From Myxococcota bacterium (lineage in GTDB: Bacteria > Myxococcota_A > UBA796 > UBA2385), in assembly GCA_044344255.1 (NCBI GenBank), contig JBIJDH010000006.1, positions 96,001 through 160,000 of the forward strand: a DNA stretch of 64,000 nt. Reading direction: 5' to 3'. The translations under genes were made by a program, and so were the position numbers. Under the pieces are notes generated by a model that made no database searches, was not told the origin of the DNA, and saw only the letters and a program-made list of their open reading frames with translations. Each line of letters begins with the position of its first letter. The stretch's first letter is position 1. This document shows positions 19,090 through 26,243 of the stretch, one piece after another.

Positions 19090-19112
19090 GGAGACTCCGG
19101 GTGGGTGGCACG

Positions 19113-19164
19113 TATTACCCGGGTGTAATGTTCGGCACAATATTACCCTGGTAATATTGTGCCG
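19113..19164. promoter_or_regulatory. Tandem palindromic operator-like sites upstream of DUF2239
   Basis: Perfect 15-bp inverted repeat CGGCACAATATTACC-CT-GGTAATATTGTGCCG (19133-19164) plus the related TATTACCCGGGTGTAAT (19113-19129); AT-rich island. Confidence 0.7.
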
Positions 19165-19182
19165 CGCTGTTCCGGGCCCTCC

Positions 19183-19536
19183 TCACCGTCCCGCGGATGG
19201 GTTCTCGATGATGCCGAGCACGTTGCCGAAGGGGTCGCGCACGGCCGCGGTGCGGATTCCGCCACCCACGTCCCGGGGCGCCTCCACCACCGTCGCGCCG
19301 AGGCTGAGCAGCCGCTCGAAGGCGGCCTCGATCTCCTTCACCCCCCAATAGGCGCTGCCCGAGCTCGGGGCGCCGTCCGGGATGAGGCCCAGCTCATAGC
19401 CGCCGATCTCAAAGCCGACGTAAAAGGGCTGGTCAAAGTAGGGCTCTATGCCGGTGGCCTCGATGTACCATCGCTTCGCCAGCGCGAGGTCGGGGGCGGC
19501 GTAAAAGGCAGAGCGGAGGCCGAGGAGGGGCTTCAT
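19183..19536 (-). CDS. VOC/glyoxalase family protein
   Basis: MKPLLGLRSAFYAAPDLALAKRWY...YWGV...DVGGGIRTAAVRDPFGNVLGIIEN. Confidence 0.85.
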   Translation of the reverse strand: MKPLLGLRSAFYAAPDLALAKRWYIEATGIEPYFDQPFYVGFEIGGYELGLIPDGAPSSGSAYWGVKEIEAAFERLLSLGATVVEAPRDVGGGIRTAAVRDPFGNVLGIIENPSAGR

Positions 19537-19797
19537 GGCGGAGGGCTCGAGGGAGGGAAGGTGGGCGGGGTGGGATCGTCGGCCTTCGGTATCCCGTCGC
19601 GTTAGATGCAGGCTCGATTCCCCGCGCCCTCCGTGTGGGGCGGCCTCCTCGCCGCGAGGCTGGCACCGAATTCGACTCGGCGCCCTCTCCCCCTGAAGCA
19701 CTCCACAGTGCCTGGTGTCGACTCGGGCACCCAGACTTCGGCGCTTGGGCCGTCCGCCGCGATAGGGGGCGGCCCCCGCGCTCGACGGTGTGCGCCT

Positions 19798-21195
19798 GTG
19801 CTGTTCCCGACCCTCGAATTCGCGATCTTCCTGGCCGTGGCGCTCGCCTTGTCTTGGGCGACGCGGGGGGCGGGGCTGGCCTGGCGGGGGCTGCTGCTCG
19901 GCTTGAGCTGGGTCTTCTACGGGTGGTGGGACTGGCGCTTCGTGGGCCTGTTGGGGGCCTCCACCCTGGTGAACCAGGCCCTGGTCTGCACCCTCGACCG
20001 GCAGGTGGGCGGCCGACGGCGGGCGGTGCTCGCCCTGGCGGTGGCCTTCAACCTGGCGCTGCTGGGGCTGTTCAAGTACGCCGACTTCTTCTTGCTCTCG
20101 GTGGAGGCGACCGCGGCGGCCTTGGGGTGGGGGCTGGCTATGCCCTTGCTCGACTGGGCGCTGCCGGTGGGCGTCAGCTTCTTCACCTTTGAGGCGCTGT
20201 CCTACGCCATCGACGTGTACAGGCGGGCGGCCCGACCGGCGCGGCTGGTGGACTTCGGGCTCTACCTCAGCTTCTTTCCGCACCTCGTCGCCGGACCCCT
20301 GGTGCGGGTGGGGGAGCTGATCCCGCAGCTCGAGGCGCCGCCCCCGGTCGCCCTGGAGGCCCCCCGGGCGGCCCGGCTCATCCTGATTGGCCTCGTCAAG
20401 AAGGTGCTGATCGCCGACACCCTCGCCGGGACGCTGGTCGACCCGGTCTTCACCAACCCCGCCGCGGCCAGCGCCGCCGAGGCGGCCCTGGCCCTCTATG
20501 GTTACGCGGCGCAGATCCTCTGCGACTTCAGCGCCTACACCGACATCGCCTTGGGGGTCTCGCTGCTCTTTGGTCTATCGCTGCCGGAGAACTTCGATCG
20601 GCCCTACGCCGCTCAGTCCTTTCAGGAATTCTGGCGGCGCTGGCACATCACGCTCTCTCGCTGGCTGCGGGATTATCTCTACCTCCCCCTGGGCGGCAGC
20701 CGGGGAGGGGAGGGGCGCACCGCGGCCAACCTGCTGATCACGATGCTGCTGGGCGGGCTCTGGCATGGGGCAGACTGGCGCTTCGTGCTGTGGGGGGCCC
20801 TCCATGGGCTGTTCCTCGTGGGGGAGCGGGCGCTCGGCCTCCACCGCCCGCCCCAGCCTGGGCCGGTGGGGCTGCTGCGCGCGCTGGGGGTCTTTCACCT
20901 CGTCGCCCTGTCCTGGGTGCCCTTTCGCGCCCCTTCGCTCGACGAGGCCTGGGCGGTGCTCTCGGCGCTGGGCAGCGGCGGCCTCGAGGCGCCGCGCTTC
21001 AGCCTCCCCGTGGCCCTGGCGCTGATGGGCGCCCTCGGCGGCCAGGCCCTGCCCGCGCGGCTCGGGCCTGCCCTCGATCGAGCGGTGGGGCGGCTGCCGC
21101 CGGTGGTCTTCGCCGGCCTCGTCGCCTTCGCGCTGATGGCCATCGACGCCCTGGGCCCGGATGGTGTGGCCGCCTTCATCTACTTTCAATTTTGA
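19798..21195 (+). CDS. MBOAT O-acyltransferase (AlgI/PatA/DltB-like)
   Basis: GTG start (LFPTLEF); LPVGVSFFTF, FFPHLVAGP, DFSAYTDIA, ENFDRPY, FWRRWHITLS, GLWHGA, C-terminal FIYFQF. Confidence 0.93.
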   Translation: MLFPTLEFAIFLAVALALSWATRGAGLAWRGLLLGLSWVFYGWWDWRFVGLLGASTLVNQALVCTLDRQVGGRRRAVLALAVAFNLALLGLFKYADFFLLSVEATAAALGWGLAMPLLDWALPVGVSFFTFEALSYAIDVYRRAARPARLVDFGLYLSFFPHLVAGPLVRVGELIPQLEAPPPVALEAPRAARLILIGLVKKVLIADTLAGTLVDPVFTNPAAASAAEAALALYGYAAQILCDFSAYTDIALGVSLLFGLSLPENFDRPYAAQSFQEFWRRWHITLSRWLRDYLYLPLGGSRGGEGRTAANLLITMLLGGLWHGADWRFVLWGALHGLFLVGERALGLHRPPQPGPVGLLRALGVFHLVALSWVPFRAPSLDEAWAVLSALGSGGLEAPRFSLPVALALMGALGGQALPARLGPALDRAVGRLPPVVFAGLVAFALMAIDALGPDGVAAFIYFQF

Positions 21196-21222
21196 TACGT
21201 TCAATTTTGAGGACGTTCCGCG

Positions 21223-22260
21223 TTGAGCGCCCCGATGCCACCCACCTTGCCGCTTCGACAGACCCTTGGGATCGTCTACCTGGCGATGCTGGGCGCCGGC
21301 CTGCTGAACGCGCCGGCGCTGGTGGAGCGGGTCGCCCGCGCGCCAGAGGGAGAGGGGCGGGCCCTCGGGCTGGCGCTCGTGGAGCCCTTGGCCGAGTCTG
21401 TTCACGCGCTGGGCCTCGATCGACCCCGTTCCGCGCTGCGCGCGCTGGCTGGTCGGGAGGGGGCGGCTCCGCTGCCGCCTGAGCCCCCGACCGCGCCGGT
21501 GGAGGCTCCGACCCCGTCGCCGACCGAGGCGCCGGCCCCGTCGCCGACCCCGTCGCCGACCGAGGCGCCGACCGAGGCGCCGCCCCGCGCGCTGCGCGGC
21601 CCCACCGCCGAGGAGCCGCTCCGGGTCTGGGTCTTTGGCGACTCGCTCATCAACATGGCCGGCCCTCGGGTGGAGGCCCTGCTGGAGGCCACCGGCCTCG
21701 CCCAGGTGCAGGTCGACAGCCGCCCGAACACCGGGCTCGTGCGGCCCGACTATTTCGACTGGCCCGCCGCCCTGCGCGGCCGCCTCGCCGAGGGGCCCAA
21801 GCCCGAGGCAGTGCTGGTGCTGATGGGAGCCAACGATGGACAGAACGTGCGGGTGAACGGAGCCTCCGCCCCCCGCTGGTCGGCGGCGTGGTCGACGGAG
21901 TACGAGCGCCGCGCCGGCGAGCTGATGGCGCTGCTCACCGCCGCGGGCGCCGAGGTCTGGTGGGTGGGCCTGCCCGGCATGAAGGGGGCGGCCCACCAGC
22001 GCACCGCCGATGCGCTCAACGCCGTGCTGGCCGACGAGGCGGCGCGGCACCCCGGCGTGCGCTTTTTGCCCACCGAGGCGGTCTTCTCCTCTGGCGGGCA
22101 CCGCTTCTCGTTGCACCTGGTGGGCCCTTCGGGGGCGCGCTTCCCGGCCCGGGCCAGCGACGGCGTCCACTTCACCTGGAGCGGCTCGCGGGTGCTGGCC
22201 GCGCACGTGGTCGAGGCCCTCTGTCAGGGCTGGCCGGTGCTCTGCCCGCCTCCGGGATAG
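21223..22260 (+). CDS. SGNH/GDSL O-acetyltransferase-like protein (DUF459-like), partner of the MBOAT
   Basis: GDSL block I, GLVRPDYFDWP, MGANDGQ block III, DGVHFT block V; N-terminal TM and Pro/Thr-rich linker. Confidence 0.85.
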   Translation: MSAPMPPTLPLRQTLGIVYLAMLGAGLLNAPALVERVARAPEGEGRALGLALVEPLAESVHALGLDRPRSALRALAGREGAAPLPPEPPTAPVEAPTPSPTEAPAPSPTPSPTEAPTEAPPRALRGPTAEEPLRVWVFGDSLINMAGPRVEALLEATGLAQVQVDSRPNTGLVRPDYFDWPAALRGRLAEGPKPEAVLVLMGANDGQNVRVNGASAPRWSAAWSTEYERRAGELMALLTAAGAEVWWVGLPGMKGAAHQRTADALNAVLADEAARHPGVRFLPTEAVFSSGGHRFSLHLVGPSGARFPARASDGVHFTWSGSRVLAAHVVEALCQGWPVLCPPPG

Positions 22261-22356
22261 GGCGCAGGCCGGCCCGGATGCGCGCGAGTGGCAGGCTCTG
22301 AATGCTCGGTGGTCGGCGCCTGCGTCACCCCGGCGCGGCTCCGGCACCGCTGGAGG

Positions 22357-22815
22357 TCACCCGTCGGACGGGCAGCCATCCTGGAGCGCGGCCCAGGTGG
22401 TGTTGTACGCGAGGTTGTTCGCTATTACCTCATTATCCGCGTACAACCACATGAAGGAGTCGGTGGTCGGCCCTGCCTCCGCCACGTCCTGAAGCGTGAA
22501 GGTGGCGGTCGTGCAGTCCGTCGTCCCGGCCACGTAGGCCTGGATCACGCTGCGCCGGGTGGCCGCGAGGCGGATCGCGTCGTTGACCTGGCGGAGGCCG
22601 TTGCAGGCCACGTAGAGCGTCACCGGCCCCAGGGTGCCGCAGATGATCGCGGCCTTGTCGTGCAGGGGGTTGAAGCTGGACACGTAGGCTTCGTAGGCGC
22701 TGAGGGCCTTGCTGCGGGACGCGGCGGCCGGGTCGAAGCTGACGCTGATCGCGCTCGCGGTGCGCGGGGCGGCGGACAGGGCGAGGAAGGCGATGAGCAG
22801 GGCGTTGCGGGTCAT
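22357..22815 (-). CDS. Small secreted hypothetical protein (152 aa, 4 Cys)
   Basis: MTRNALLIAFLALSAAPRTASA signal peptide; coding-like codon usage only downstream of 22815. Confidence 0.7.
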   Translation of the reverse strand: MTRNALLIAFLALSAAPRTASAISVSFDPAAASRSKALSAYEAYVSSFNPLHDKAAIICGTLGPVTLYVACNGLRQVNDAIRLAATRRSVIQAYVAGTTDCTTATFTLQDVAEAGPTTDSFMWLYADNEVIANNLAYNTTWAALQDGCPSDG

Positions 22816-23330
22816 TCGAGGCTCCGAGGCGGCTGAGGTTGCCTTCCTCGGACGCACGGGCCATGCCGAGGAGATACTCGGCATTCGTCCGTAGGCGCAT
22901 CGGGAGTACCGTCTTCCGGAGACGTTGTTGCGTCTCCTGACTACGCCGACCGTCGCTGACCGTCGCCGACTCGAAGACCGAGAGCGCAAGCGACCGCATT
23001 GCATCTCCAGCAGTGCCCGGAGAACGTGCTGAAGGCCCCGGAGCGGGTGACCTGCATCCGGGGACCTCGCAGGCCTTGTGGAGGTGGCCCGCCTGGCGCT
23101 CTGGGACCGGGTGGTCTTCGACGAAAGGTGACGAAGACCCGTCCCCTTCCACGGCGCCTTCTTCGGCAGGGGCTTCAGACCGGTGCCAACCCCTTGCACA
23201 GGTTGTCGGCCGCAAGGTAGCGTGGCGAAGTGGAGTCCAGCCGACCGCGTTCATCCTACCAATTCCCTGCCCGGCAGGATGGCAATCGGCTGACAGTGAT
23301 GGTATTCGAAGGCCTCTCCGTGGAGCTCTC

Positions 23331-24332
23331 ATGACCCCAAGGCTCATCCCCACCTCTCTGCTGTTGATGGCGCTCAGCTGCTCGGGCGGCAAGGGAGGCC
23401 AGGAAGGCGATCGAGACGGTTCGACGAACGAAGGAGAGGGCGGCGACGGTACAGAGTCGGACGCTGACTCCGATGCTGACACGGACGCTGACTCCGATGC
23501 CGACACCGATGCCGACACCGATGCGGATACCGATGCCGATGCAGATTCCGTCCCGTCGGAGTACATCAACACGACAGTCTCTCCAGCGGGCGACCTCTCC
23601 TGCTTTGACGGCAGCAGCTGGGCCTCCGATACGATCGACCCAGACTGTGTGGGCTCGCTCCTCCTCGACGCCACGGCGGTAGATTTTGAGATGGGCGACG
23701 CGGTCGGCGGGGCCGATGTGGACTTCTTTTGGAACGATGACCCTTCCGGCACGGCAGACCTCCACCTCGTCTCCGACTCTACTGGCGGCCTGGAGGCCGA
23801 CGCCCCCTCCTGCACGCCGATCGCCTGGACGCTCAGCACCGAGGATGGTGAGACCGTCCATACGAGCGCGCAGCACTTCCTGTCTCCCGAGGCGGAGGAG
23901 CGGGTAGATCTGGACATCATCGGCACGACGACATGGGCCATCATCCCCGCCCTCATCGGTGTTGAGGTAGAGGAGGGATACGGGGTCATCGCGGGCCGGG
24001 CCGTGGATTGTGAAGGCGACCCTATCGCAGGCGCCCAGGTGCTCTTTCGCCTGGAGGATGGGGGCGTGCCTTCGGACCCCTCTGTCCACTATTTCGTCGA
24101 CGAATTCCCAAACCGGACGCAGGCCGAGACCTCCGACGATGGGCTCTGGTTAATCCTGAACGCTCCTCCGGGTGCGGGAGCCGTGGAGATGTACACCTGG
24201 AATGGGGGAGGCCATACCCTCCAGGGCAGAGCCAATGTGGTGGTCCAGGCCGGTGGGTTTTTGACGGTGGACACGTTCACCGGATCCTACACCGGGGTGA
24301 TGGTACCCGACGAGTGTGCCGACTGCCCCTGA
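23331..24332 (+). CDS. Lipoprotein with Asp-rich (DADS/DADT) linker and carboxypeptidase-regulatory-like domains
   Basis: LMALSC lipobox; DADSDADT repeat; GVIAGRAVDCEGDPIAGAQV...TSDDGLWLILNAPPG. Confidence 0.75.
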   Translation: MTPRLIPTSLLLMALSCSGGKGGQEGDRDGSTNEGEGGDGTESDADSDADTDADSDADTDADTDADTDADADSVPSEYINTTVSPAGDLSCFDGSSWASDTIDPDCVGSLLLDATAVDFEMGDAVGGADVDFFWNDDPSGTADLHLVSDSTGGLEADAPSCTPIAWTLSTEDGETVHTSAQHFLSPEAEERVDLDIIGTTTWAIIPALIGVEVEEGYGVIAGRAVDCEGDPIAGAQVLFRLEDGGVPSDPSVHYFVDEFPNRTQAETSDDGLWLILNAPPGAGAVEMYTWNGGGHTLQGRANVVVQAGGFLTVDTFTGSYTGVMVPDECADCP

Positions 24333-24431
24333 GCGCCGTCGATGCGCCGCGTGTGCGGGTGTGCGGGTGCCAGGCTCTGATTTTTGCTCGGTTACGGTGT
24401 AGTGGCCTCTCCGCCTCAAATGAGCGGAGCC

Positions 24432-24477
24432 CGGCACCAGCGAATGGCACCGACAACTGGCACCGACGAATTGCACC
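24432..24477. repeat. 13-bp degenerate tandem repeat (~3.5 copies) between convergent genes
   Basis: CGGCACCAGCGAA / TGGCACCGACAAC / TGGCACCGACGAA / TTGCACC. Confidence 0.7.
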
Positions 24478-24485
24478 ACCACGGT

Positions 24486-26063
24486 CTATCCGCTCCCCTC
24501 CTCCGGACAGGCGCTTTGGGGCGTATAGCTGATCTCCACGCTCGCACCCTCCCCGGCCTCCGAACCCTCGGGGAGGTCCACTTCGTTGCGCACGGAGTCC
24601 CAGCTCCAGTCGCTCCGCTCGACCCCTTCGACGGTCATGAGGATGGTGTCCACGATGGGGAGCTCGGAGAGCGGGAAGGTCCGACCCACCGGGGGTGCCG
24701 AGGTGAGGCCGAGGGTCTCCACCGCCAGGCCAACGTCGTGGGTACAGGAGCTGAGGTAGACGCCCCTGGTGCGCGACACTGCCTCTTCCCAGCTCTGCAT
24801 TGGATTCTCGTTGCACCCGTACTCGGATGAGTCTGGACCAAAGGCCGAAACCACGAGGTCGTCGGGATCGGAGAGGAGGGCTTGGAGGCTGGTGACATGG
24901 CTGATTCCGGCACTCGGCTCAGAGTCCCCCCGGTCATTCATCCCGATCACCGCGAGGCGCCCCCCACGAACCAGGCCCTCATTGCAGCCGCCGGGCCCGA
25001 GCTCGGCCACCGCGCTGTCCACCCTGTTGAAGCAGGTGGTCCCGCAGGACTCCCCGGTGGTCTCCACCATGGCCTCGATGGCGTCGAGCTGATCGAGTCG
25101 GTTCATGGTTTCGTCCACCCAGGGAACCCCAGCCGCGGAGCAACCGTCTCCGTTGGGGATGCTGATTTGATACCGATAGCCGCCCAGGTCGAGCACATCG
25201 AGGAGCAGGTTGGAGTTGAGGAACAGCTGGTAGAGATCGTCTTCCATGGATCCCTCCCGATCCACCGCGAACAGAATATCGACCACTGCCTCGTCTACCA
25301 GAAAGAGGTCCGTGATGCGCGGGCTCATGACCCCGACGAGCACAAGCGGCAGCTCCGCGGTGGTCTGGAAGGGGTCATTCGTCTCGAGGCCGAGTGTCCC
25401 TTCGATCTGCCCGGGAGCGGAGGCCCGGCCGGAGATCATCAGGTTGATGGACTCGCCGGGAGCGATCATCTGTGGCCATTCGGGCGGGCTCGGGAGGCTC
25501 CAGCTCTCCGCCGGAGAGAGCAGATCTCCGTCTATTCGAACCGCCTCCTCCCCATCGTTCCAGACGACGATGCCCGTCTCCGCGCTGCAGCCCCAGCTCA
25601 ACAGCCCGAGGTCGAGGGCGACCGGCTCATAGCGGAGGGGCGGCAAACGACCCTCCCCCTGAATGGGGACGCTGAGCTCCGGCCGGTCGGGGTCATTCGA
25701 ACGGAGGAGGAGGGTGTCCTCGATGATGCCGGCCGTGGTCGGGCTGAAGATCACCTGGAAGCCCAGGGAGGCGCCGCCTTCCAGGGTCCATGCGACGCTG
25801 TCCGACAGGCGGAAGTCGGAGGGTGCAACGAGGAGGGTCGGGGCCTCGATCTCCAACGAAGCTTCCCCGCGGTTGGAGAGCAGGACGGTCTGGACCTTGT
25901 CATAGCCCCAGGCGACCTCGCCGAAGTCGATCGCCTCGGGCTCCACGACGAGGAGCGGCGGCACCGGGCTCGCGGCGCTGTCCAGGCCCCCTGCCCCCTT
26001 CTGGAGGTCTTCGGGGGGCTTGGAGGCGCAGGCGAACAGGGAGAGGAGGAAGAGGGGTCGCAT
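24486..26063 (-). CDS. Lipoprotein with two Ig-like (choice-of-anchor-D/ASH) domains and a vWA-like domain
   Basis: MRPLFLLSLFAC lipobox; two IDFG/LDLG...SNDP/TNDP Ig repeats; VDILFAVDREGSMEDD vWA-like start. Confidence 0.75.
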   Translation of the reverse strand: MRPLFLLSLFACASKPPEDLQKGAGGLDSAASPVPPLLVVEPEAIDFGEVAWGYDKVQTVLLSNRGEASLEIEAPTLLVAPSDFRLSDSVAWTLEGGASLGFQVIFSPTTAGIIEDTLLLRSNDPDRPELSVPIQGEGRLPPLRYEPVALDLGLLSWGCSAETGIVVWNDGEEAVRIDGDLLSPAESWSLPSPPEWPQMIAPGESINLMISGRASAPGQIEGTLGLETNDPFQTTAELPLVLVGVMSPRITDLFLVDEAVVDILFAVDREGSMEDDLYQLFLNSNLLLDVLDLGGYRYQISIPNGDGCSAAGVPWVDETMNRLDQLDAIEAMVETTGESCGTTCFNRVDSAVAELGPGGCNEGLVRGGRLAVIGMNDRGDSEPSAGISHVTSLQALLSDPDDLVVSAFGPDSSEYGCNENPMQSWEEAVSRTRGVYLSSCTHDVGLAVETLGLTSAPPVGRTFPLSELPIVDTILMTVEGVERSDWSWDSVRNEVDLPEGSEAGEGASVEISYTPQSACPEEGSG

Positions 26064-26243
26064 GTCCGTACTACGCCTGGAGACCCCGACCTGTGACGTC
26101 CCGACCACAGGCGGTCCCGCGTCCGGGGGCCAGTCGGCGGGGCGCTTCAGACCAGATCGTCATCTGGCCGTCGAGATACGCGACCGCCGCGGCGGGTGGG
26201 CCGGGCGAGCGCTGCGCATCACGACCGTCGAGGGGACCCGAGC

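Noticed and set aside
19600..19735. tRNA T-loop-like fragments (GGCTCGATTCCC, TTCGACTC) suggesting a tRNA or att site
   Set aside because: No cloverleaf, acceptor stem or CCA; no integrase in the window.
24458..24475. TGGCAC...TTGCA resembling a sigma54 promoter
   Set aside because: GG-to-GC spacing is 12 nt rather than the required 10, and it lies between convergent gene ends.
23163..26153. Short shared motif TCGGC.GGG..CTTCAGACC at ~23163 and ~26134
   Set aside because: Only ~18 bp with a gap in GC-rich DNA; cannot be distinguished from chance without statistics.
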